Below, piece after piece: positions 1 through 10,471 of a stretch of DNA of 64,000 nt. The stretch comes from Thermoprotei archaeon (GTDB lineage: Archaea > Thermoproteota > Thermoprotei > Thermoproteales > B15-G16): NCBI GenBank assembly GCA_003649205.1, contig QMRC01000003.1:128001-192000 (forward strand), written 5' to 3'. Below the pieces are notes generated by a model that worked only from the letters and a program-made list of their open reading frames with translations, made no database searches and was not told the DNA's origin. Both the position numbers and the translations under genes were made by a program. Numbering within the stretch: position 1 is the stretch's first letter; each line of letters opens with the position of its first letter.

Positions 1-448
1 TAATCTCATAAGGAACAGCAAGCTCAGCACCTCTAACTCTCCAACCCTCAGGGAAAAACCATGTAAACTCATAATCATACTCAACAACCTCCTCCTCATA
101 GTAATCCTCGTACTTATTCAAACCAGCCCTAATAGGACCACTAAACTCAATAATGAAGGTAATGTAAGGTCTAGTCACATCACCACGGAAACTAAGAGTG
201 GTAGAGATGACCTTAGGGTAGGTCCGAACACCATTTATGTAGACCCTCTCCTCATCGAGAAAGTACTGCATATTTTCCTCAATTCTCGACAGTTCCTCCT
301 CAAGAGAACCTCTCCTCAGTAGCGATAGGTAGTACTTCTCAGGATCATAGTAATCAAAGACAACAATTTGAGTTACACGGCCAAGTCTCGACATAATGAA
401 GAAACCCTGAGCATACACAGGTACAACACTCGAAGACACAATAAACAC
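1..448 (-). CDS. Hypothetical protein, 5' part only (mirror of 34981..35517, cut by the window edge)
   Basis: Reverse complement of 34981-35428. Confidence 0.75.
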   Translation of the reverse strand, partial: MFIVSSSVVPVYAQGFFIMSRLGRVTQIVVFDYYDPEKYYLSLLRRGSLEEELSRIEENMQYFLDEERVYINGVRTYPKVISTTLSFRGDVTRPYITFIIEFSGPIRAGLNKYEDYYEEEVVEYDYEFTWFFPEGWRVRGAELAVPYEI

Positions 449-667
449 CTCATAGGTAGGATCATGAGTAAAGGATAAGAAGTCTACTCCTTAACCACAC
501 AACATTAGCACCGCTGATAAAAACACTAGCTATACCTAGACATAACTTACGTGGTGTAACACTTATACTATAGCGATAAATCTATTGGTAGAGAAATAAA
601 AATGTGTATAAAGGACTAAAGTCACTGTTATAACAGTAATGAATTTAAGTAGGTCAGGATATGGTCT

Positions 668-2071
668 TTGCTTCAGGTGCTAGATATGGTTATTCACGGA
701 TTGAATACGAGTGTTGAGTGGACACTTCTCATGAAGTCACTCATTGCATTTGCTGTTGGTGCACTCATAGGGCTTGAGAGAGAGAAGGCTAAGCAGGAAG
801 CTGCCGAGAGTGGCAATACGGAGGATGTCAAGGAGTTTCCAGGTGTTAGAAGCTTTGGTTTCGTGAGCTTACTCGGTGCCTTGACAATAATAGCGCCCTA
901 CTACATGCCTAGCGACATAGCTCAGTACGTACTAATCCCACTAATACTACCACCCATCTTCACAATCCTGTTCTTTATAATCCATAGAATGCTCATTCTC
1001 AAGGAGAGTGGAATAACAACTCCACTAGCTTTAGGACTAGCCTATGTCCTTGGGGTTCTTGTTGGTTTAGGTTACGTACTTGAAGCTGTTGCTCTCTCTG
1101 TACTAATCACATTCATGCTAGCAGTTAAGCTCCATATAGTTAAAGCGATTAGAGGTGTCACGTATAGGGAACTCCTATCAGCTCTTGAGATAGGTATCAT
1201 AGTCTTCCTACTTGGTCCCTTCCTAGCTAGAGACATCTACGATCCACTACTCCACGTAGTCAATTTCAAGACACTCTACATATTCTTCGTGATAATCCTC
1301 ATCATCTCCTACATAGGCTACATGGTTGTGAAGATGTGTGGTATGAGAGCATTGACCTACTTCGCATTCTTTGGAGGTCTAGTACACAGTGAAGCAACTA
1401 CAATAAACCTAATTGTACTAGGTCAGAAATTAGGTTTCAGGAATGCAGTTAGCAACCTAGTGCTAGGTGGTATCCTCTCAGCTAATCTAGCTATGGTGAT
1501 ACGAAATCTACTCATATTCACATTCCTCAGATACACGATGGCTATAACAGCAGAGATTAGTAGGTACACAGTACTAACTATGTTAGCACTACTAGCAACA
1601 GCACTCGCACTCTACATACCAATTAAACTCAAACTAATTCAGAGCAAACCACAGGTAAGCACCAATATGAATATCCGTGGTGAAGAGGTACCATCACTAA
1701 CCTCACCAATAAACTATAGAGCAGCAATCAAGTACTGCCTACTATTCGCAGCAATTCTCGTCATGACGACTCTAGCAACAATGTACTTCAGCGATAAAGG
1801 ACTACTAACACTATCGATCCTAGGTGGATTAGTTAGCTCTGAAGCAATGATATTCTCAGCACTATCACTACTGCAGGTAGGTCTAGCAAGTGAGAAGGTC
1901 GTAAGCATAAGCGTCATGCTGACAACACTAGCAGCAATACTGAACAAGCTACTCTATGCAGTAGCTAGCAAGGTACCCAGAGCCCTGGTAGTGAGGCTAC
2001 TTATGTACCTACTCATAGCTACATCACCACTATTAATAGCAGCATTAATCCTAATATTTGGAGCTCTTTAA
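668..2071 (+). CDS. MgtC/SapB-family membrane protein with DUF4010-type C-terminal region
   Basis: GALIGLERE, GVRSF and GITT MgtC motifs; FGGLVHSEATT and LGGLVSSEA repeats; many TM helices. Confidence 0.85.
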   Translation: MLQVLDMVIHGLNTSVEWTLLMKSLIAFAVGALIGLEREKAKQEAAESGNTEDVKEFPGVRSFGFVSLLGALTIIAPYYMPSDIAQYVLIPLILPPIFTILFFIIHRMLILKESGITTPLALGLAYVLGVLVGLGYVLEAVALSVLITFMLAVKLHIVKAIRGVTYRELLSALEIGIIVFLLGPFLARDIYDPLLHVVNFKTLYIFFVIILIISYIGYMVVKMCGMRALTYFAFFGGLVHSEATTINLIVLGQKLGFRNAVSNLVLGGILSANLAMVIRNLLIFTFLRYTMAITAEISRYTVLTMLALLATALALYIPIKLKLIQSKPQVSTNMNIRGEEVPSLTSPINYRAAIKYCLLFAAILVMTTLATMYFSDKGLLTLSILGGLVSSEAMIFSALSLLQVGLASEKVVSISVMLTTLAAILNKLLYAVASKVPRALVVRLLMYLLIATSPLLIAALILIFGAL

Positions 2072-3328
2072 CCTAAACCTCCACATGTGAAGTAGGAGAC
2101 ATGAGAAGAGAACTAAAGTAGATACAAAGAGAGCTAACACAAGAGTAAAAATACAGAGATCAGTAGAAGTACTAAGAAATCTAATAGATATAGTCACAAG
2201 ACCAAGAACATCGTAGAGATAACCAGCAGAAACAGCACCAAGAGCAGCACCTAAATTAGTAACAGAATTAACGAGACCAATAGCAACACCTCTAGACCTA
2301 AAGTACGTAGTAGCAAATTTCCTAGACAAAGGTGTTAGAGACCTCAAACTACTCGACAAGAGAAGGAAACCAAGGAATACAAGAGACACATTAGAGACAG
2401 CAAGAAGTAGGGAACCAGCAACTAGGAGTAGAGAACATAGGTATAGAGCAAGTAAGTCAGAAAATCTATCACCCAACCAAGCAATACCATAGCTAACAGC
2501 AAGGGAAATCAATGAAACAATAGCTAGAAACCTAGCAACAACCCCCATAGATAAACCTGTGAACTCACATAAGTACACATAACCCAGCTCACCACCAACA
2601 ATAGAGAAGTAGAGACGAACAACAAAGAGCAAAGTAAAGAGAGGAAAACCAAACCTCAAAACACGTAATACAGATGAGAGACCGCGAAGAACGTTAGCAC
2701 TGGGAATACCAGTAATCGTAGCTCTCGAAGGTAGGAGTAGAGATAAGATAGCACAAACACAGTACATGCAGAAAGCAACAAAACAAATCCATAATAGGGA
2801 AAAGCTAGAGAGCACAGAGTACAGGTAATTTCCTAAGGAAAAACCAAGAGAACCAAGCATAAAGTAGATAGCGAAAACCCTACCCCTAAACTCCTTAGGA
2901 ACAGAAAGCCCAAGAAGGAGCTGAACAGTAACCCAAGCAAAACCACTTAGGAGACCCTGCACAAACCTAAGAACAAGGACGAGATGTATGGAGCCAGCAA
3001 AGGCAAATAGCAGGGAAACTAAAGCAAATAGAGAGAAAGCAATGAACACAACTACATTCAACCTACCATAAACCTCACATAATTTACCAACCAGGACAGA
3101 GGAGATAGACCTAGCAACGAAAAAGAGAACAGTCAAGAGAGCAAGCGCAAGAGCAGAGACACCGAAGACGTACCTACACAGGTATGAGATAGCAGGAATT
3201 AGCAACCTAAAACCAGAAGTACCAATTAGAGCAAGCGCAAAACACAGAGCAACAACACTCCACCTTAAGGACAAGGCAACCCCCAAAAGCAACCACAATA
3301 CAGATATATAAGCGAAGTCCCCCGCCAA
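2051..3328 (-). CDS. MFS transporter
   Basis: About 12 hydrophobic segments; GKLCEVYGR (motif A-like), RFVQGL, PKEFRGR, WLGDRFS. Confidence 0.8.
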   Translation of the reverse strand: MAGDFAYISVLWLLLGVALSLRWSVVALCFALALIGTSGFRLLIPAISYLCRYVFGVSALALALLTVLFFVARSISSVLVGKLCEVYGRLNVVVFIAFSLFALVSLLFAFAGSIHLVLVLRFVQGLLSGFAWVTVQLLLGLSVPKEFRGRVFAIYFMLGSLGFSLGNYLYSVLSSFSLLWICFVAFCMYCVCAILSLLLPSRATITGIPSANVLRGLSSVLRVLRFGFPLFTLLFVVRLYFSIVGGELGYVYLCEFTGLSMGVVARFLAIVSLISLAVSYGIAWLGDRFSDLLALYLCSLLLVAGSLLLAVSNVSLVFLGFLLLSSSLRSLTPLSRKFATTYFRSRGVAIGLVNSVTNLGAALGAVSAGYLYDVLGLVTISIRFLSTSTDLCIFTLVLALFVSTLVLFSCLLLHMWRFRLKSSKY

Positions 3329-3442
3329 AACTCTAGTAACCTACATAGACATACAAAGGATATATGTTCATGAGTTAGCAAATTAATGTGAATATATAAG
3401 GTACTAAGCCTCTTATCTTCCCTATATCGTATATTCGGGATA

Positions 3443-3457
3443 GAAAAGTTTTAAATA
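3443..3457 (+). promoter_or_regulatory. BRE/TATA promoter of the ABC operon
   Basis: GAAAAG followed by TTTTAAATA, about 35 nt before ATG 3493. Confidence 0.6.
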
Positions 3458-3492
3458 GGGCTATTGTGTCTTATAGCACGAGGGTCATTAAT

Positions 3493-5010
3493 ATGGCTGA
3501 GAAGAGAGCATTAACCTTAGCGATAGTACTTCTCATAGTTGGCTTAGTAATTGGTATAGCAATTGGCTACTACGCCATACCAAGACCAGCACCACCAGCT
3601 CCACCCACACCGCCACCTCCCACTGGTATTCCACCTGAAGAGTATGAGAAATTGAAGAAGGAGTACGAGAAACTGAAGAGTGAGCTAGAGGAACTGAAGA
3701 AAGGTGTCACCATTGAGTTAAGGGTTTGGGGTGCTGGTGACCCAGCATCAGTAACTAGAGTTAATAATCCAGAGGCTGCTGCAAAGCTACTGACAGAGTT
3801 ACTGAAGACACTCGGTATTACAGCTGAAGTTAAGGTTGTTGAGAAGTACTACCACAGAGGTCCATGGGCTGAGTACGAGAAGAAGATTTACTTAGCTTAT
3901 GAGGCGGGTAAGCTACCAGACATAATTGCTGTAGGTCACGAGTGGATACCAATGCTAGCGGAGAAGGGAATTATAATACCACTGGATGAGTATGTGGAGA
4001 AGTACTGGGACCTCGCATTCTACGACATACCAAAACCACTGTGGGAAGCTGTAACCTACAAGGGACACATATGGGCAATACCACAGGATACAGAAGCTAG
4101 ACCAGTCTACGTTTGGAAGCCAGCACTTAAAGCACTTGGGTGGACAGACGAGGAGATAGCTGCACTACCAGAGAAGGTGAAGAGCGGAGAATTCACACTA
4201 GACGACATGCTAGAGCTAGCTAAGAAAGCAGTTGAGAAGGGATTGGTTAAGTACGGTATACTACATAGACCAACACCTGGTGGAGAGCTGTGGCAGATCT
4301 ACCTAGCTTACGGTGGTAAGTTATGGGATCCAGCAACAGGTAAGATGGTGCTGAAGAAGGGCGCAATGCTGAAGGCCTTGGAGTGGTTCTATAAGGGTGC
4401 ACAGGTCTACAAGGTGATACCGTCAGACATGACAACGTGGTCCTGGAGATCCATACACACAGCAGTTGTCTCAGGACAGACATTATTCTGGTTCGGTGGT
4501 ACATGGCACTGGGCTGAGTGGCAAAAAGTACCATACCACCCCAAGCTAGGTAAGGTACCTGAGTCATACCTGTGGGAGAACTTCATATTCATGCTAGTAC
4601 CAAGTGGATACAAGGGTGGAAAACCAGTAACACTATCACACCCATTCGTCTACGTCATAACTAGCCAGAGCAAGCACCCAGAAGTAGCTGCACTAATACT
4701 AGCACTAGTAACGCAACCAGAATTCGATGTAAAGCACGCTGTTGGCAGTGCACACATACCCGTTAGAAAGGCAAGCCTAGAGCACCCAGAGATGAAGAAA
4801 GCTAAGTTCCTAAGCGATGTAGCATACATGCTAGACTACACGACATTCGAGCCAATGCACCCACTATGGAGCAAGTACAAGAAGATAATCTTTGACGCTA
4901 TTGCAGCTGTTGAGATGGGTAAGATGAAGCCAGATGAGGCACTAAAGTTCATGATAGACTCAATAAAGGCAGATCCAGAGCTAGCTAAAGAAGTCGTGAT
5001 CACGGAGTAA
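3493..5010 (+). CDS. CUT1 ABC transporter substrate-binding protein (N-terminal TM anchor, Pro-rich linker, short coiled coil)
   Basis: PDII, IPLDEYV and YKGHIWAIPQDTE family-1 SBP motifs; followed by permeases and an ATPase; ATG 3493 preferred over GTG 3466. Confidence 0.9.
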   Translation: MAEKRALTLAIVLLIVGLVIGIAIGYYAIPRPAPPAPPTPPPPTGIPPEEYEKLKKEYEKLKSELEELKKGVTIELRVWGAGDPASVTRVNNPEAAAKLLTELLKTLGITAEVKVVEKYYHRGPWAEYEKKIYLAYEAGKLPDIIAVGHEWIPMLAEKGIIIPLDEYVEKYWDLAFYDIPKPLWEAVTYKGHIWAIPQDTEARPVYVWKPALKALGWTDEEIAALPEKVKSGEFTLDDMLELAKKAVEKGLVKYGILHRPTPGGELWQIYLAYGGKLWDPATGKMVLKKGAMLKALEWFYKGAQVYKVIPSDMTTWSWRSIHTAVVSGQTLFWFGGTWHWAEWQKVPYHPKLGKVPESYLWENFIFMLVPSGYKGGKPVTLSHPFVYVITSQSKHPEVAALILALVTQPEFDVKHAVGSAHIPVRKASLEHPEMKKAKFLSDVAYMLDYTTFEPMHPLWSKYKKIIFDAIAAVEMGKMKPDEALKFMIDSIKADPELAKEVVITE

Positions 5011-5329
5011 ACTCCCTATTTTCTCCCCCTCTACCTCCCTTAGCATCTAAATCTCTAAGTTCCTCAAGCTTTCTTTTCAGAAGAACAAAATCCTCTATAA
5101 TACTCTCAACAATACCTACAACGTAGTCGTACACGTGAACACGTACAGTACCTAGGTCTACACCCGTTCTTGTGGAAACTATTTGAGCTACCTTCTCCAC
5201 TACCGTCTTAACACCATCTATGTCCCTATTCAGGATTGCAGTGAGTAAGTAGTCGTAGGTATCGCCATTAAATACCTCGTCGATTACCTCGATTATATTG
5301 CTTAGCCTAGCTACTCGTACTTCTGTCAT
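5000..5329 (-). CDS. Hypothetical protein (109 aa)
   Basis: ATG with a GGGTGA SD upstream; protein-like composition. Confidence 0.6.
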   Translation of the reverse strand: MTEVRVARLSNIIEVIDEVFNGDTYDYLLTAILNRDIDGVKTVVEKVAQIVSTRTGVDLGTVRVHVYDYVVGIVESIIEDFVLLKRKLEELRDLDAKGGRGGENREFTP

Positions 5330-5487
5330 GAGAGAATCACCCGTAGTACTTAGGAGAGAAAAGTAATTTTAGGAGATCAATACTGAGACCAGATCATTCA
5401 CTGATCGTACACTTTCACCAGTTTCTTAACTAGCTAAAGTAGTAGGGATTAATGAATAGGTATAAGTAACTCGCTTTATACATCAAT

Positions 5488-6477
5488 ATGTCTAAAAGGA
5501 AATTCTTTTTTACCCTACCTGCACAATTACCCCTGATGTCCTCTAGAAGGCTACATCGTTCAAGGAGTAAACTGAGCCCTAGAGCTAGGAAGTTCCTACT
5601 ACTTACCATCTTCCTAGGCCCATGTATTGTCATGATTGCTCTCTTTTGGTTTGGTCCTGTATTCCTAACTGTCTTTCTCTCGTTTACGGACATGAGTATT
5701 AGGAGAGCTGAGTGGCATTGGGTTGGTCTTGAGAATTACTTCAACATAGGTAAGCATCCATTTACGATGAAGGTTGTTGTGAATACTGCAATCTACGTTT
5801 CCTGTACGTTGCTGTGGAATGTCTTCGTTGGTCTTCTCCTTGCTCTACTCACTTACTACATGGATGAGAGGAGTGCTCTCTTCTATAGGGCTCTCTGGCT
5901 ACTACCGCGATCCTCACCACCAGTTGTCTATGGTCTACTGTGGTTATGGGTACTTGACCCAACTGAGTATGGTTTACTCAATCAATTTGTTCTCGCTCTT
6001 GGTCTCAGCGATAAGCCAATTAACTGGTTGATGGAGTACCCCATGCTCTTCATAATACTCATCAACGGCTTCGTTGGTTGTTCATTCGGTATGATTGTGT
6101 TCTCATCAGCTCTCAAGTCAATACCTAGAGACTACATAATCGCTGCTCGTGTTGATGGTGCTTCTGAGTGGAGAATAATTAAGGACATAATCCTACCACT
6201 GCTGAAGTGGCCACTCATGTTTGTTACAGCGTGGCAGACGCTAAGTCTCCTAGCATCTTACGAGTACATCCTGATAGTGACCAATGGTGGCCCATTCTAT
6301 GCTACAGAGGTTTGGTCGCTATTTGCATACCACCAAGCATTTGAACATCTTGAGCTAGGTTTTGGCGCTGCACTAGCTATGGTGCTGGTCATTGTTTCGA
6401 TTATATGTGTTGTCGCTTACATGAAGGTGTTCAAGTTCAGGAGGATGATATCGCCTGCAAAGATTGAGATTGCTTAG
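5488..6477 (+). CDS. Carbohydrate ABC permease (MalF/UgpA type)
   Basis: WVGLENY; EAA loop IIAARVDGASEWR; TNGGP. The start may be ATG 5536. Confidence 0.9.
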   Translation: MSKRKFFFTLPAQLPLMSSRRLHRSRSKLSPRARKFLLLTIFLGPCIVMIALFWFGPVFLTVFLSFTDMSIRRAEWHWVGLENYFNIGKHPFTMKVVVNTAIYVSCTLLWNVFVGLLLALLTYYMDERSALFYRALWLLPRSSPPVVYGLLWLWVLDPTEYGLLNQFVLALGLSDKPINWLMEYPMLFIILINGFVGCSFGMIVFSSALKSIPRDYIIAARVDGASEWRIIKDIILPLLKWPLMFVTAWQTLSLLASYEYILIVTNGGPFYATEVWSLFAYHQAFEHLELGFGAALAMVLVIVSIICVVAYMKVFKFRRMISPAKIEIA

Positions 6478-6488
6478 GGGGTGATGCC

Positions 6489-7373
6489 ATGTATAGGGGT
6501 AGGAGATCGGTAGTGAATCCGTACTCGTATAGAATTAAGAGAGCATTGATGAAGGCTGTGATATATGGTGTTATGACTGCTGCTACGATACCACTCATAA
6601 TGATGTACCTATGGCTCTTCATGCAGTCAATCAGTGATAGGGTACTAGTTGGTTTCATACCGACAAACTTCTCGATCAGGGGCTGGAGATTCTTATGGCA
6701 GGAGATCAAGTTTGGTGAAGTCACTATACCGATGATATGGCCTATAGCACTGAACTCACTAATCATAGCAGGTGGTGTTACGGTCTTTGAGGTATCGATT
6801 GCTCTACTAGCTGGTTATGCTCTCTCAAGAATAGAGTTCCCACTTAGAGACAAGATGCTACTCCTCATAATAGCACTACACGCCTTCCCTGGTATCACAC
6901 TTCTCATAGCTACATTCTACCTACTCCACCTAATGGGTCTGATCAATACGCTATTTGGCGTCATAATTGCTAAGGCAGCATTCGAAATACCTATGGCGGC
7001 TTGGTTGATTAAGGGATTCTTTGACGCAATACCATGGGATGTCGAGGCATCAGCTCTCGTAGATGGATGTAGTAGGTTACAGGCCTGGAGGAAGGTAATT
7101 CTACCTCTGGTCAAGCCAGGTATAGCTGCTGTATCGATCTTTGCATTTCTAGCAGGCTGGAATGAGTTCATATTCGCATACACATTCCTCTTCGATCCCA
7201 ACCTCTTCCCACTATCAGTTCACGTACTCAACCTAATTGGTGAGTTTAGGTACGTAGACTACTCACTACTAGCAGCAACAGCACTATTCTACTGTATACC
7301 ACCCTTAGTCTTCTTCGTCTTAACTCAGAAGTATCTCATGCAGGTTCAGGTTGGTGGTGTTAAGGGTGCTTAA
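6489..7373 (+). CDS. Carbohydrate ABC permease (MalG/UgpE type)
   Basis: NSLIIA, AGYALSR, EASALVDGCS, WNEF; SD GGGGTGA. Confidence 0.92.
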   Translation: MYRGRRSVVNPYSYRIKRALMKAVIYGVMTAATIPLIMMYLWLFMQSISDRVLVGFIPTNFSIRGWRFLWQEIKFGEVTIPMIWPIALNSLIIAGGVTVFEVSIALLAGYALSRIEFPLRDKMLLLIIALHAFPGITLLIATFYLLHLMGLINTLFGVIIAKAAFEIPMAAWLIKGFFDAIPWDVEASALVDGCSRLQAWRKVILPLVKPGIAAVSIFAFLAGWNEFIFAYTFLFDPNLFPLSVHVLNLIGEFRYVDYSLLAATALFYCIPPLVFFVLTQKYLMQVQVGGVKGA

Positions 7374-7381
7374 TCTAGGAG

Positions 7382-8488
7382 GTGAGGTATGTGGTTAGTG
7401 TGAGGTTAGTTGATCTCTGTAAGTACTTCGGTAGTGTTAAGGCTGTAGATGGTTTAAACCTAGAGATTAAGGATGGTGAATTCGTTGTATTGCTAGGTCC
7501 CTCTGGTTGTGGTAAGACAACAACTCTCTTCTGTATAGCTGGCATCTACAAACCGACTAAGGGTAGGATATACTTCGATGAGATTGATGTAACAGACTGG
7601 CCTCCTAAGGACCGGAACATAGGTATGGTCTTTCAGAGCTATGCACTGTACCCACACATGACCGTGTTTGACAACATAGCGTTTCCACTGAAGTTAAAGA
7701 AGTTACCTAAGCAGGAGATCGCTAGGAGGGTTAGGGAAGTTGCTAAGATGCTTCAGATAGATCACCTACTGGATAGGTACCCAGCACAGCTCTCTGGTGG
7801 TCAGCAGCAGAGAGTAGCACTAGCAAGAGCACTTGTGAAGCAACCTGATGTCTTCCTCCTAGACGAGCCACTTAGCAACCTAGATGCTAAGTTGAGGATA
7901 CTTATGAGAGCTGAGTTGAAGAGACTTCAGAAGGAGCTCAAGATAACTACTGTCTACGTAACGCACGACCAAGCAGAAGCTATGACCTTAGCTGACAGGA
8001 TTGCAGTCATGAATGAGGGTAAGCTACAGCAGTATGGCCCACCTGATGAGATCTACAATAGACCAGCGAATGTGTTCGTTGCTGGATTCATAGGTGCACC
8101 ACCAATGAACTTACTCGATTGCTCACTGGTGGAGAGAGATGGTAGGTATGTACTTGACTTCACGTCATTTGAGATAGAGCTACCTAGAGAGCTAGGTGAA
8201 GTCGTTAGGTCTAGAGCTAGTAGTAGCGAGGTAGTGTTCGGTGTTAGACCAGAAGACCTCAAGATAAGTAAGGGACCAGCTACATCAGCTATCAAGGGTG
8301 TAGTGTACGTTACAGAACCACTTGGTAGGGAGGTCATAGTCAACGTCAGGATTGGTGATCACATAATTAAGGTCATTGAATCCGCATCAACAGCCTCAGA
8401 AATTGCAGCAGGTCAAGAAGTATGGGTCGTACTTGACTTCAACAGGGTACACATATTCGATAGGAAAACAGGCAAACTAGTTGTATAA
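7382..8488 (+). CDS. Sugar ABC ATPase (MalK/UgpC family) with TOBE tail
   Basis: GPSGCGKTT, VFQSYALYPH, LSGGQQQR, LLDEPLSNLD, VTHDQ; SD GGAGGTGA. Confidence 0.95.
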   Translation: MRYVVSVRLVDLCKYFGSVKAVDGLNLEIKDGEFVVLLGPSGCGKTTTLFCIAGIYKPTKGRIYFDEIDVTDWPPKDRNIGMVFQSYALYPHMTVFDNIAFPLKLKKLPKQEIARRVREVAKMLQIDHLLDRYPAQLSGGQQQRVALARALVKQPDVFLLDEPLSNLDAKLRILMRAELKRLQKELKITTVYVTHDQAEAMTLADRIAVMNEGKLQQYGPPDEIYNRPANVFVAGFIGAPPMNLLDCSLVERDGRYVLDFTSFEIELPRELGEVVRSRASSSEVVFGVRPEDLKISKGPATSAIKGVVYVTEPLGREVIVNVRIGDHIIKVIESASTASEIAAGQEVWVVLDFNRVHIFDRKTGKLVV

Positions 8489-8490
8489 GT

Positions 8491-9147
8491 ATGTTGAAAC
8501 CACTAGTGATAGCTCATGCGTGTAACTCACTCGGTAGGGTAGCAAAGTGTATCTCACAGGGTGCTAATGTCATTGAGATTGATGTATATTCGTACGGTGG
8601 AGAGTTAATTGCGTACCACCCACCAGATCCAGTAGTTCCAGTATCTAGAGTTAAGAGGTTCATAGAGTCAATTAGGTACAGCGTAAAGCGATCTAGAGCA
8701 CCTAAGCTGAGGGACTTACTAAGTGAAGTGTTGAAGTACCCTATCGGTATCTGGCTAGACCTCAAGGTACCAAGGATAGAGGATTCAGTGTGTAAGTTAG
8801 TTATGGAGTTGGGTATCTCAGATGAGAGACTCTACTTCTCATCAGCTTACCACTACTCGCTAAGAGTAATCAAGGAGCTACTACCTAAGTCACGGACATT
8901 TATTAGTCTCAGTGAGAGACCTGTCGACCCATACTACGTAGCTAAGTGTGCTCAGGCGGATGGTGTATCTATAAGGATTGACTTTCTAGATCGAGAACTA
9001 GTTGAGCAACTACATACACACGGTATAAAGGTCGTTGTGTGGACTCTAAATGATGAGGGTCAGATCATCAATGCGGTGAAGCTAGGTGTTGACGGTATCG
9101 TTACCGACATTCCAGAGCTGGTGAAAAGGCTCTTAAGTGGGTACTGA
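8491..9147 (+). CDS. Glycerophosphodiester phosphodiesterase (GDPD) family protein, divergent
   Basis: VIAH, IEIDV, DLK, VWTLND, GVDGIVTD.P. Confidence 0.85.
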   Translation: MLKPLVIAHACNSLGRVAKCISQGANVIEIDVYSYGGELIAYHPPDPVVPVSRVKRFIESIRYSVKRSRAPKLRDLLSEVLKYPIGIWLDLKVPRIEDSVCKLVMELGISDERLYFSSAYHYSLRVIKELLPKSRTFISLSERPVDPYYVAKCAQADGVSIRIDFLDRELVEQLHTHGIKVVVWTLNDEGQIINAVKLGVDGIVTDIPELVKRLLSGY

Positions 9148-9187
9148 TTTATCTTCATCAAGTACGTACTCTACTCGAGGTGGGTAC

Positions 9188-10342
9188 ATGTACTTCAGGT
9201 ACTACTGTCCAACTGAGGTAATATTCGGTAGAGGATCTATCAAGGAGGTAGGTCAAGTAGTTAGGAACTTCGGTTCAAGAGCACTCTTAGTAGTTGGTAG
9301 GAGATTCGCTAAGGAATCAGGTTACCTCGATAAGATAACCAAGCTACTTCAAGAAGCTGGAGTAGAGGTCCATGTATTCAGCGGCGTTGAACCCAATCCA
9401 TCAACTGAAACAGCACAGAGATGTAGTGAATTCGCTAGGGAGAGAGGTAGTGAGGTCATAGTTGCCTTTGGTGGTGGTAGTGTAATTGATGTGGGTAAGG
9501 CAGCTGCTGTAGTAGCTGTTCAAGGTGGTAGAGTCGAGGAGTACCTCTACCCTAAGGTAGTTACAGGTAACGCACTACCAATCGTAGCAATACCAACGAC
9601 CTGTGGTACAGGCAGTGAGGTAACGAAGAACTCAGTACTGACCATAGTTAAGGAGAAGAGGAAGGTAGTAGTTGTCGGTCCAGCGATAATACCTAAGGTA
9701 GCTATAGTGGATCCCGACGTCATTAGGTACCTACCACCTAAGCTAATTACGTGGACAGCAATGGACGCACTCTCACATGCACTAGAAGCATACGTATCCA
9801 AGAGATCAACACCAATATCCGATGTGCTAGCACTCGAAGCCATTAAACTCATCATAGAGAATGTGGAGAGAGCAGCAAAGGGTGATGAAACCGCACAAGA
9901 GAAGCTACACCTAGCAGCAACACTAGCTGGAATGGCAATAAACGTAGCAGGGACAGTACTCGTACACGCAATGGGGTACTACCTCACAACACACCACGAC
10001 GTACATCATGGACTAGCAAACGCATTAACACTACCGTACGTACTTGAGCTAGATCTACAGCACATACCCAGAGACAAAGTAGAGAAACTACTACACCTAC
10101 TAAACGTAGAAACAGTACAAGACCTCATAATCAAGCTCTGTAAACTTCTCGATAGAGTAGAGATACCAAATAGCGTAAAAGATGTAGGAGTTCAAGAAGA
10201 AGAGCTAGAAACCTACGTAAAGCACACACTAGGGTACCGAAGAAATCTAGAAAACAACCCAATAGAAGTAACCGAGGACATAGTACGAAATCTCATAAGT
10301 AAGGCACTGAGTGGTAGAAAAGGAACATATAGGTATCACTAG
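9188..10342 (+). CDS. Iron-containing alcohol dehydrogenase
   Basis: GGGSVID, PTTCGTGSE, metal ligands DALSH...H...HHG; ATG 9188 has SD GAGGTG. Confidence 0.92.
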   Translation: MYFRYYCPTEVIFGRGSIKEVGQVVRNFGSRALLVVGRRFAKESGYLDKITKLLQEAGVEVHVFSGVEPNPSTETAQRCSEFARERGSEVIVAFGGGSVIDVGKAAAVVAVQGGRVEEYLYPKVVTGNALPIVAIPTTCGTGSEVTKNSVLTIVKEKRKVVVVGPAIIPKVAIVDPDVIRYLPPKLITWTAMDALSHALEAYVSKRSTPISDVLALEAIKLIIENVERAAKGDETAQEKLHLAATLAGMAINVAGTVLVHAMGYYLTTHHDVHHGLANALTLPYVLELDLQHIPRDKVEKLLHLLNVETVQDLIIKLCKLLDRVEIPNSVKDVGVQEEELETYVKHTLGYRRNLENNPIEVTEDIVRNLISKALSGRKGTYRYH

Positions 10343-10471
10343 CGTTATACCTAGCTTCAGAAGCAATACAATTCCCACAATATATCATGAAATTAACAAA
10401 CTAGGAATATAGCTTGAGTAGTATTGCATAGCGGTGTTATACATAGAATTGTGTAAGTCAAGAGATAACGA

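Noticed and set aside
3580-3700. CCA-rich and GAGAAA repeats in the SBP gene
   Set aside because: They encode an ordinary Pro-rich linker and coiled coil, not a DNA repeat element or CRISPR.
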